This document shows positions 13,016 through 23,828 of a stretch of DNA of 64,000 bases, piece after piece. Origin of the DNA: Octopus vulgaris (Eukaryota); contig OX597827.1 in NCBI GenBank assembly GCA_951406725.2, positions 80,724,001-80,788,000 on the forward strand. The letters run 5' to 3'. The notes beneath the pieces were generated by a model. The model saw only the letters and a program-made list of their open reading frames with translations, was not told the DNA's origin and ran no database searches. A program made the translations under genes and the position numbers. Position 1 is the stretch's first letter. The number at the start of each line of letters is the position of its first letter.

Positions 13016-14107
13016 ATAATAATAATAATAATAATTTATGCCTTTATTAGCCACAAGGGCTCACATACAAAACATTAAATGACATATAACAACATAAAAG
13101 ACAAAAACAGGATAATGCAACGGGTTTTCGTGCTTACACAATGTAACAACAATAAAAATTGAACAATCGGGGAGGCAGTTTAAGGTCCTCGTGGAAAACC
13201 CCACAAAAGCCACAGGTGCCTGAACAAAATCTGGAAAGGGTGAAAGGTGAAAATGACCTCAGTGATATTTCAACTCAGACTGTAAAGAACCAGAACAGAA
13301 ACTATCTGAAGAAGAAGAAGAAGAAGGTGGAAAAAGCTGATGATGAGAAGGAGGAGGAGTATGAGAAGAGAAGGAGGCAGAGGAGGAGAAGAAAGAGAAG
13401 GAGGCGGAGAAAGAGAAGAGAAGAAAGAGAAGAGGAGAAAAAGGAGGAGAAAGAGAAGAAAAGAACGACCCCCATCACCAACAGCAGCAGCAATAGTAAT
13501 AATATTAGTAAAAATCAGAGCAACTAACGACCTACTTTGACTCATTAATTAGTCCAGTACAGAATCTGGACATACAGATCCTTATAAAGAGGCTCTCAAA
13601 CTGCTAGAAATAACAACCAAATCACACCCTACTGTCTTTAAAAATGGAAGGACAGTTTAACTGTGATCTTAGTTGCAAAAAAAAAAAGAAAAGAAAAAGG
13701 AGGATGGTCATGGCTGGAATATCTTATTTTGTAAGTTTGTTGCATCAAGGTTGACCTGAAACTACACAGCAAAAGACATGACACATTGTGTGGGCAGTCT
13801 CCTCATTAACACTTCCACATCAAATATTGATCATAGATGTGGAGTTGACCCCTGGCTTAGCCAAGGGTCAACTCTCCAAAGCTTTATGAGCAGGCTTGCT
13901 AGACAGACTGTGTGTGTGTGTGTGTGTGGTGGGGGATTCCTTTATACCACACAATACTTATAAAGAAGCATCACCATAGATGTGGGATTCCTTTGCTTGG
14001 AAACAGGTGAAGATTGGTGACAGGAAAGGCATCCAGCTATAGAAAATCCACATCAATGAAAGCATGGCAAAGGGGACGTTTTATTTATTTATGTATATAT
14101 TTATAAA

Positions 14108-14418
14108 CGTGGCACATAAGAGAACCATCCAAATGTGGCCGTTGCCAGTCCCGACCTGACTGGCTTCTGTGCTGGTGGCACGTAAAAAGCACCATCCGAT
14201 CGTGGCCGTTTGCCAGCCTCGCCTGGCACCTGTGCAGGTGGCACGTAAAAAGCAGCCACTATACTCATGGAGTGATTGGCGTTAGGAAGGGCATCCAGCT
14301 GTAGAAACACTGCCAGATCAGACTGGGCCTGATGCAGCCTTCTGGCTTCCCAGACCCCAGTTGAACCGTCCAACCCATGCCAGCATGGAAAGCGGACGCT
14401 AAACGATGATGATGATGA
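14108..14418 (+). mobile_element. (GAT)n-tailed retroposon copy (RTE 3' UTR derivative)
   Basis: ggcacgtaaaaagcacc units, then ggttggcgttaggaagggcatccagctgtagaaac, then ...gcatggaaagcggacgctaaac(gat)n. Other copies at about 4010-4108, 7680-7830, 15546-15725, 21125-21268, 22185-22327, 22568-22960, 32332-32680, 48349-48402, 49927-50060 and 57798-58110. Confidence 0.85.
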
Positions 14419-14663
14419 CACACAACCCACGCTAGTATGGAAAATGGATGTTAAACGATGATGATGATGACACACCAGGTTGCTGCACAATTGTTATCAT
14501 CTGCCAAATATGAGGCTATGGGTAGAAGAGACTTGCCTCAATGTGCAGTGCCTCAGGATTGAACCCATAACCATATGGTGACAGAATAAACCTCAGTAAC
14601 TACACAGCTATGTTAGCAGCTTCACTGTGTCCCCACTACTTAACTACAGTAAAACAGTCTTAC

Positions 14664-14949
14664 CTGTATGTGTCCTGAGGTGATTACGCAGGTGGGATCG
14701 CTGAGAGAAGGCTTTGCAACAGAAGGAACATCGGAATGGTCTCTCGCCCGTGTGGACCCGTTCGTGGTTGGTGAGGTGGTCTCGCTGTGAAAATGCTTTC
14801 GAACAGTAAGTGCAATGATAAGGCTTTTCTCCCGAATGAATTCGAGAGTGGACTTTCAGGTGGACCTTTTGAGCAAATGCTTTTGGACATACAGGGCACT
14901 GGTGAGGCCTCACACCAGTGTGGGTCAGTTCATGATTGCGGACAAACAC
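14664..14949 (-). CDS. C2H2 zinc-finger protein, coding exon 2 of 3 (completes finger 2; fingers 3-5)
   Basis: Acceptor tcttcttgtag|GTG at 14949 joins CSFCSKTFSQK to VFVRNHELTH, giving an exact C-x2-C-x12-H-x3-H. Linkers are TGVRP, SGEKP and TGERP. Donor ACAG|gtaaga (intron starts 14663), phase 1. Confidence 0.95.
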
Positions 14950-15393
14950 CTACAAGAAGAAACCAATCATAAATTACAAGACACATTTTACTGTCTTTAT
15001 GAGGGGGAGGGTTTGTTGGGGGAGGGGAGGGGGATGCTAGCCAACATTCTGCTTCGGAATTTTAGTATTAACCCTTTAAACATTCAGATTACCCAGTTAA
15101 ATATAATGTTTATTTATTCCCATTGCATAGAATTAATCCTGCATTATCTTTGAAATTTGGATGATGAGATTAAATAACTTTTAGAATGACACTGGAAGGT
15201 TGAGGTGTGAGGCCAGAGCTGGCAAGCTGGAGCATAAAACAGGGATAATATTTGGACCTTGGATGTGGCTGGTTTAAATGATAAAGGCTTAAACAATGTG
15301 GGAATCTACAACCTTAAACCCAACTCTAATTTTATCAACTTCAGACAAATGAACTTGATGAGATTTAAACTCAGAATATCAATATAGTTACAA

Positions 15394-15915
15394 GTATGGC
15401 TGTGTGGTAAGAAGTTTGCTTCCCAAACACATGGTCCTGGGTTCAGTTCCACCTTGGGCAAGTGTCTTCTACTATAGCCCTGGACAAACCAAAGCTTTGT
15501 GAATGGATTTAGTAAATGGAAACTGAGGAAAGCCTGTCGTGTGTAATCATCATTCAACATCCGTTTCCAATGCTGGCATGGGTTGAACGGGCCAACCTGG
15601 GTCTGGATAGCCAGTGGCTGCACCGGGCTCCAGTCAGATCTGGCATTGTTTCTACAGCTGGATGCCCTTCCTAATGCCAACCACACCAAGTGTGTAGTGG
15701 GTGCTTTTTACGTGCCACTGGCACATAGAGATAGATGTGTTTGTCTTTGTGCCTGTCCTCTATGATCGCTTGACAACCAGCATCGGTGTGTTCATTGTCC
15801 CTAAGTACCAAGTTTTGAAAAAACAAAAAACAAGTACTGGGATCAATTCGTTTGACTAAAAGTTCTTCAAGGCTGTGCCCCAGTATGGCCACAGCCTAAT
15901 GAGAGAAACAAGATA
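15394..15915 (+). mobile_element. SINE family A interrupted by a reverse-oriented (GAT)n-tailed copy (15546-15725)
   Basis: SINE 5' half at 15394-15545, insert, SINE 3' half at 15735-15915. Confidence 0.8.
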
Positions 15916-16200
15916 AACAATTATAGAGACAAGGCATATTTTATTCATCACTTGCAATTCTCGTAAGTGATGACAAAATATTGATTTGTCTGACACAAGG
16001 CCATAAATTTAAGAGGTGGGGGGTATGGCTGGTTATGCTGACCCTAATACATGACTGGTATCAATTCTGGAAAGACAAAAGACAAAGTTGATCTCAACAG
16101 GATTTCAAGTGAGAACATAAAGGACCTTAATTGAATGCCACAAAGCATTGTTGTTCCATACTGTAGAGATTCTGTCAGTTGGGGTAAACATTAACAATAC

Positions 16201-16482
16201 ATTAACCCACAACTGGGGTAACATTACATATTTCATTAACCCACAACTGGGGTAACATTACATATTTCATTAACCCACAACTGGGGTAACATTACATATT
16301 TCATTAACCCACAACTGGGGTAACATTACATATTTCATTAACCCACAACTAGGGTAACATTACATATTTCATTAACCCACAACTGGGGTAACATTACATA
16401 TTTCATTAATCCACAACTGGGGTAACATTACATATTTCATTAACCTACAACTGGGGCAACATTATATATTTCATTAACCCAC
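16201..16482. repeat. 34-bp minisatellite, about 8.3 copies (attaacccacaactggggtaacattacatatttc)
   Basis: Units start at 16201, 16235, 16269, 16303, 16337, 16371, 16405, 16439 and 16473, with few substitutions. Confidence 0.95.
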
Positions 16483-16589
16483 ACTCAAAGTTTACACCTA
16501 TACCAAAACAAAAGATCAACAAAATCAATAAAGAAATAGTTTTCAATAAAACGACCCAGCAGGGTCAGAGGTCATGTCAAATAGTTTAC

Positions 16590-17000
16590 CTTTTGGGAAA
16601 AAGTCTTGGAGCAGAAGGAACAGCTGAAGTGTTTCTCCCCAACTGCAGACACGCTGCTGGAATTTGCAGTGGAAGCTGCAACAGCAGCGGCATGCTCATG
16701 GTTGTTGAGGTTAGCTTTTCTGGAGAAGGATTTCCTGCAGACATCACACTTGAATGGTTTGTCTCCACTACCACCACCACCTCCTCCACCACTGTTACCA
16801 CCACTACTACCACCACCACCACCACCGCTGCCACCGTTACCACCACTGTCAGTGCCGGAAGCAGAGTTGCAGCGATCGTGAGATATTGAAGAGTTTTTCA
16901 AGTTGATGGTGTTTGGGTAGACCGGCTGCCCAACCCCGATGCCACCGGTGAGGTCATAGTTGTACTGGTTGGTGATATACATTGGCTGGATAGGGAACAT
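16590..17000 (-). CDS. C2H2 zinc-finger protein, coding exon 1 of 3 (aa 1-137: N-terminus, poly-Gly, degenerate finger 1, first half of finger 2)
   Basis: ATG at 17000 in good Kozak-like context (gtcgccATG). Translation MFPIQPMY...GDKPFKCDVCRKSF...GEKHFSCSFCSKTFSQK ends at donor AAG|gtaaac (intron starts 16589), phase 0. The exon probably begins at acceptor tctttctttccag|G at 17277. Confidence 0.9.
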
Positions 17001-17694
17001 GGCGACAGGCGGGCGTGAGGCTGCTTCAGAGGGGACTGATGGGCAGAAGGGGATCCTTGAGGGAAGGAAGCAGGACTAGGGGTAGCAGCAGTACTATTAA
17101 AGTTGAAGAAGGGTTAGGAGACTGGATGGCTGTTGAATCCAACAAGTGATGAAGCCCAGACTAATTTCAACATCCAAACAAATCTTGGAGAAAGATTCAG
17201 TTGTTGTTTATCATGGAAACCGTCTCTTGCTTCACCATCTTCACAGTTTACACAACTGAAGAAATGGCAACAGATACCTGGAAAGAAAGAAGATACCGTT
17301 AGTTGCCATAGTTACCAAACAGAGGCTGGAATAAATCTTCTGAAATCAGATTGAAAACAAAAACAGATAAAAAAAAACAAACATTTATGAGCAAGGTTTA
17401 ATGTGTTGTAATGAGGTAACGAAGGGGTCTAATGACATGTCTAATGAGTTAACGGAAGGTTAATGACAGGAAAATTAAACATCTATTTGCAGCCGTTACA
17501 TAATTCCTGGTGTGCAGAGGAGGGGACTAGATCCATACAGTTGAGAAGATACAAAAAGTTGATAGAGGTCTGTAGTGATTACAACAGATGTGAGCCCGGA
17601 AAGAAGGGAAAGAAAGCTGACCATGTTAGGATTTGAACTTAAGTTTAGGAGGGGAAATGAGGCATATATGATGTATTCTATGCATAAGGTTAAC

Positions 17695-18326
17695 TCATAA
17701 ATAAGGGCAGAAGAAAAAAATTCTCATACCAAATATGCCGAGAAATAGACTTTAAATTTTCAATAACCACATATAATTGCATGCTGACAGAAATTTCTAA
17801 AAAATTCCATTATCACCGAATTGGTCCAATTTCTGAGTTAATTCATAAAGAATTTTCTTGCCATCAGCGGTAAATACATTGAGAAATAAATGAAATACTT
17901 GCACACATGCAACAAGAATACGCAAAGCCATGTGTACACTTAAGTACCTCAAATACATCCAAATAGAAATTGTGCAGCACACCTCGAGACATGTGCGATC
18001 AGACTGAAAATTCTCATAGTGTAAGAGACAGTCTGAAAGTGAATGGTATTAAATTTACATCTAATAGAGGATAAAATTTTCAAAAAACTTTATCAGGGGC
18101 CAGCATATTAAAAAATACCTTTTAAGGTGAAAATTATAAACAACTTATAAATAAGGGCAAAAGAAAAAAATTCTTATGCCAAATATACGGAGAAATAGGT
18201 TTCATCACTAAAAGCATGTGTTTCAAAGCAAACTGACAGGAATTTCTATAAAATTTTCACCTTAAAAGGTATTTTTAATATGCTGGCCATTGACAAAATT
18301 TTTTGAAAATTTTATCCTATATTAGA
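17695..18326. mobile_element. Direct-plus-inverted repeat structure resembling a Penelope-type pseudo-LTR
   Basis: Direct repeat 17695-17750 vs 18144-18199; inverted arms 18060-18140 vs 18245-18326. Confidence 0.5.
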
Positions 18327-19269
18327 AATAATGTTAACTTACATAGGTATAAGATATGGAATATTAAGTGTGGAAGATTTGTATGGGTTAGCGAGAAATG
18401 AGTCTGATCTGTTGTACATGTAATGCCATGGGTCTCCATCAGGGTTCATATGACTGCTGGCGGTCCATATAGAATCGTTGTTGTTAAGGTTTGTGTGCAA
18501 TAAATTGGTTAAACTTCCACAATACAGAAAAATATTCTAATAACTTTCTTATTGCATAAAATTCCTAATCATATTTAATTGTAAAAATGTTATAGGAATT
18601 TTTTTAAACATCAAATGGCTGTGGAGGTCCAAACAGTTGAGAGTGACAGGTGTAATGCTTAGTTGAGAGTTAGGGGACATGGGAAGAACTAAGGGGTGCA
18701 TATGATGTGTGCAGGTGTGAAAAGGTGTCATTTGCTCACAATGGGAATAAAGTGAAGTTTATAGTTGGAGATGCAACTGATGATGGAGGAGACATCAGTT
18801 GGGTGGTGGTGGTGGTGGTGGTGAGACCAAGGGGACTTTACAAGTTTTGCACTATATGTATGCAGTAGTGTTAGTGTGTGGGTATGTGTAATCTCTAAAC
18901 TGTATAATGTGTGTGTGTGTGTGCAGGGGCTTGTATAATGTTTGTAGTGTGTGTGTGTGCTCAGTTGGTGAGATGGCAGAGTCTGTAGTAAGACTGCTGG
19001 TAAATAATTGAAGAGATGTGGTTTGGAAGCGAGAGACATGAATTGGCACTGACAGCAAAAGGAGGAGTCTGACCAGCATCTGGGACAGGATGTGAGAGAA
19101 TGCAAGGAGTTGTGTATATTCCTTGAGATAAAGGTGAGGTAGATGTGTCTAGAGTGGGTAAAAGATGAGTGGAATTGGTGGGGGAGGTGGTGCTTGGGTG
19201 ATGCAGAGAGGGAAGATAAGGAATCAAAAGGGAGGAAAGGAACATCTGGGGGTGGCTGCAACAGGAGCT

Positions 19270-20545
19270 GGACGAGTTTGTACAGTGCACCTGATTCCTC
19301 TTTTACCTGGTTTTTCTCCCAGCTTATTTGTGTTCTGGTATTAACATTGCACATTATTTGGAGCATGCTTGTTCCATTTCATTTTAGCCTTCACAGGTCT
19401 TCAGCATTTAAGGCCCATGTCTTGCTTATCATGCAGTATCACACAAGTGTCAAACAATCTACTCTTAACTCAAGGAAATAATCTTTTGAAAGCAGAAAGA
19501 ATAGCTTCCTCAACTTCTCCAAACCCATTCTTATTCTGGCTTCTATACTTTCTGAACAACCATCTCTCCTACTACAAATGTCCCCAGGGTAAAAGAAACT
19601 GCTGAGCCAGCCAAGAATATCTGAAACGATGAGGGACATATTTGGTTGATGAGAAGAAAAGAAGCTGCAAGTGCTGCTATGAAAGGGGCTGTTGAATGGG
19701 GAGAATTAACGGGATAAAGAGGGGCCAGCTCATGTTCACCCCTCAGAGGGACAAGCAATTCAAGTTGACAGCAGTATGACAGACAGAGAATTAAGTGTGT
19801 GCCAGTAGGGAAAGCTTCTGGCCCATCAGGGATAATAGCAGAAATGCTCAAAATATCTGGTAAAACAGGATATAAATAGTGAAACAAATAATATGTGATT
19901 TGATATTCAATGACTAGCATAGCAGTACCATTGTAAATGGCTACAAGGACAAAGAAAATGCTTTAAAGAGAAGAAATTAGAAGCATCAAATTGTTGGGCC
20001 ACGTTTTGAAGGTCAAGGAGTAGGTCATTGCACATTTGATCGGGAATAGAGTTAGCTTAGATGAAGTAGAATTCAACTTCATGCTTGGAAGGGGTACCAC
20101 AGACGCAATCATCCAAGTAAGGTAACAACAAAAGAAGTACTTGGGTGAAAGTAAACAACTATTCCTGGTATTTGTTGATGTGGGGGAAGGCCTTTGACAA
20201 GATGCTATGCTTAGTAATCTGGTGGTCACTACCAGAAACTAGGTATAAAGGAATAGCTTGTGAGAGCTGTACAAGCTATGCACAAAGATGCAGTAAATAA
20301 AAGGAGTAAACAAAGAGATTAGCAGCAAATTTAGAATAAAGCAGGCAACCATCAACATTCAGCCCTCTTCTGTTTATCACAGTCCTACAGGCCATCACAA
20401 AGGAGTTCAAATTTGGTTGTCCACGGGAACCCCTAGACGTTGATAATCTACTTACAACTGAATAAATAGGAGAATTAGAAAGGTGATTCCAGGTATGGAA
20501 GTTAAACCTAGAATCAAAAGACCTCAAGGTAAACTTAGCAAAGAA
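19270..20545. mobile_element. Decayed RTE LINE reverse transcriptase with internal inversion
   Basis: Plus strand about 19625-20545: GKASGPSGIIAEMLK, GRGTTDAI, FVDVGKAF, SPLLFITVLQAIT, LKVNLAK. Minus strand about 19270-19620: post-RT DGCSESIEARIR. Confidence 0.8.
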
Positions 20546-22416
20546 AAGGCCTGGTTTGATATACAATAAAGGTGTAGGTATAAACATTCTACACTGTTCT
20601 AGTTTAAATGATGGATACACAAAAGCCACCATGGAATCACCACAAGTGGGGTAACAGAGAGACCTTGCCTGTGGGGGACACACTGGAGCAATACTGAGAC
20701 AGCACCAGACAAAGACTATTTTGGAGCAGTGTTGTATATAACACCGAGTATTATTGTCTCCTGTGTGATGGCTGCATCTCATGTTATCTGTTACTGTTGT
20801 TGTTTAGAAGGAAGACAGTACATTTGGTCGGTGTCTTTTGTAGGGAACCAAGTTTCTTCCAAGTAGTTGAAAAAGGGTTGGAGTAATGATGTATTAGTGT
20901 TTGGAAATCTAATGTCCTCAGGGTAACAGTCTGTGTATTTGTTCTGAGATGATGTAGAGATAGATCAGTGGGCCTCAACCAGGGTCCATAAAAGATTCTG
21001 TTGTTAAAACTTATGAGCAGTAAATTGGTCTTACTTCTACAATAGACAATATTTTAACAGTTTCTGATACAATTCCTAATAATATTGAATTATATAAATA
21101 AGATTTTTGTTTTACACATTGGATGGTGTTATGAAGGGCATCCAGCTGTAGAAACTCTGCCAGATCAGATTGGAGCCTAGTACAGCCTCCTGGCTTGCCA
21201 GCCCTTAGTCAAACCGTCCAACCCATGCCAGCATGGAAAGCAGACGTTAAATGATGATGACGATGATGGCTATGAGAGTCCAGCTGAGTAAAACAGGAAT
21301 CAGAGAGGTCCACAGGTAAAAGTGGTTGAAAACCACTGATGTTGGTGAGAGGATGAATGCTTGGTGTGGTACTCCATTTGGGAAGCTGCCAGTTTTGTTG
21401 TACTTTACACAAATTTGGTAGCCTGACAATTGGTTGACCAAGATTTTGTATTGTGTCTTAAGGTGGAGTTGGATGTGTTTTGTATAAATGAAATACAAGG
21501 AATGGAGCTTTGCTGATGGTTCTTAGAAAATGGTAAGTGTAGGAATTTTATGGTTCAGGTATTTTCAGTGTTAAGTCTGTGGATTAGATATTGAGCAAAC
21601 CCATCATCAAAGACATTTCAATCATGACCATCCACTCTTTTAGGGAATTGTCTTTCCCTTAAGACGGCAGGAGCAATTTGAAGGAGATTTGGCTGCTATG
21701 TCTGCCAAATCAAGATATCATAAAATGATTCTCCTGTTTACTTGTTATAGATATATCCAAGACAGACAATGGATATCTCTTTTACTTGTTTCGGTCACTG
21801 GACCATGGCCATGCTGGTGCACTGCCTTGGAAAAAGAAATAACACTGCAAAAAGAATATATATATATACACACACACACGTATTTGTGTGTATACAAAAT
21901 TCTATGAAAAACCATACACACCCACACTGGGTAGATAAAAAGAAAATGAAAGTAAATAGTCGGCTTCCCAACCACTTGGGCCAATGTTTTTCACTATCAC
22001 ACCAAGCCAATCAGAACTTTATGACTAACATGTGTGTGTTTATACATAAAGACGTGTGTGTGTGTGTCTCCTGATCATGATATTATGTGATAGTTATAAA
22101 TAAGTGTCACTGTTGGAGAAGCAGTGTCCTTTTGTTCTCAGCCTTCTACAAAACTATGTCCAGGTCACCGGGAAATATTAACTTACTTGGAAACAGGTGA
22201 AGTTTGGCAACAGGAAAGGTATCAGGCCTTAGAAAATCCACCTTGACAAATTCTGCCTGGCCCATGGAAATAATATTAAAGTCCAACCCATGCTAGCATG
22301 GAAAGCGGACGCTAAACGATGATGATGTATCACAAATACAACAGATACAATGGATGAATATACAACCCACCCACTGTCTCTCTCTCTCTCCCTCTATATA
22401 TATATATAGAGAGAGA

Positions 22417-23150
22417 GGCTGTGTAGTAAGAAGTTTGCTTTCCAAACATGGTTCCGGGTTCAGTCCCACTGTGTGGCACCTTGGGCAAGTGTCTTCTACT
22501 ATAACCTCAAGCTGATCAAAGTCTTGTGAATGGATTTGGTTGATAGAAACTGAAAGAAGCCCATCGTATCATCATCATTGCTTAACGTCTGCCTTCCATG
22601 CTGGCATGGATGGAACGGTTTGACAGGAACCGGCTTGGCAGAAGCCTGTATCAGACTCCTGTGACTATATCATCATCATTTAACATCCGTTGTCCATGCT
22701 AGCATGGGTTGGACAGTTTGACCAGGGCTGGCAAGCTGTACCAGACTCCAGTCTGCTTTGGCATGGTTTCTATGGCTGGATGCCCTTCCTAACACCAACC
22801 ACTCTGAGAGCGTAATGGGGGCTTTTATGTGTCATTTGTGTTCCACCTGTATCGGGACCTGGATTTTGCTCAGCTTGACGGGTCTTCTTCTCAAGCATGA
22901 CAGAATGCCAAAGGTCTTGGTCACTGCCTCTGTGAGGACCAACACTTGAAAGGAACTCAGCCACGTGCCTTTGTGTCTGTCCCACACCACTGCTTGACAA
23001 CCAATGTTGGTGTGTTTACATCCCTGTAAATTAACGGTTCGGCAAAAGAGACCAATAAAACAAGTACCAGGATTTAAAAGTACTGGGGGTAGATTTGTTT
23101 GACAAAAATTCAAGGTGGTGCCTCAGCATGGCCACAAAAGACTGAAACAA
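22417..23150 (+). mobile_element. SINE family A interrupted by two reverse (GAT)n-tailed RTE 3' ends
   Basis: SINE head 22417-22568, inserts 22568-22960, SINE tail about 22968-23150. Confidence 0.75.
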
Positions 23151-23430
23151 GGTATGTGTATATCTATATATACACCCCCCACATGCATTTATCATAAGAG
23201 CAGACCCACATATTCACCATAAGCTGTTAGTTGAAAGAGAGATCTAGAGAGACAGGTGACTCCTCAAACTTGGATATGTCTCACATACTTTGGAAAAAAG
23301 AACTCAGATTTCCACATTTTAGACTTTTTACGAGTAATTAAGGTAAGCTGCAGGTAATAATATGAGTTTCATTGACAGGCATTAATTAATCCGAGTTCTA
23401 GTCTTTGTTTCGAGTAGAGTACAGTAAAAG

Positions 23431-23828
23431 GATCTTTTCAGTTTGAACGGCAGTTTTTAATATAATTTCTAGGTAACTAAAAAATTTAAAACTTCGTATA
23501 CTGGTAGAATGTGTTTATAAAACATTTTTTTCTCTTGGCTTTCTTGAGAAAATTCTGTAGTTTGTAAGATATTTCTTGTTTTTTTCTCTTCAATTTCTGC
23601 AATTTCAACCAATCACTGACGTCTATTGAGGTGAAAACATTCTGTGCTGTATGAATATGTCCCTCGTTTAAGAAACAGATTGGGTTTATTTACATTTGTG
23701 AAGAAAAAAGATACCCTCCACCCCTAAAACAGATTGAAATGCAATAGATCGATACCAGGGTCATAATTATGGGTGACAATTTCATATGACCCCGCTAGAA
23801 AATAACTGCCGTTCAAACCGAAAAGATC
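23431..23828. mobile_element. MITE (about 400 bp)
   Basis: TIRs gatcttttcagtttgaacggcagtt / aactgccgttcaaaccgaaaagatc. Confidence 0.8.

Noticed and set aside
13159-13527. 122-aa K/E/R-rich ORF on +
   Set aside because: It is a translation of a (GAA/GGA)n tract antisense within a ZF intron, with no domain.
16201-16482. CRISPR-like regular 34-bp repeats
   Set aside because: The units are head-to-tail with no unique spacers, there are no cas genes, and the context is a eukaryotic intron.
16572-16589. ORF-track extensions beyond splice sites (VNYLT; also KTVLL at 14644-14663)
   Set aside because: Intronic read-through past canonical GT donors; splicing restores complete fingers.
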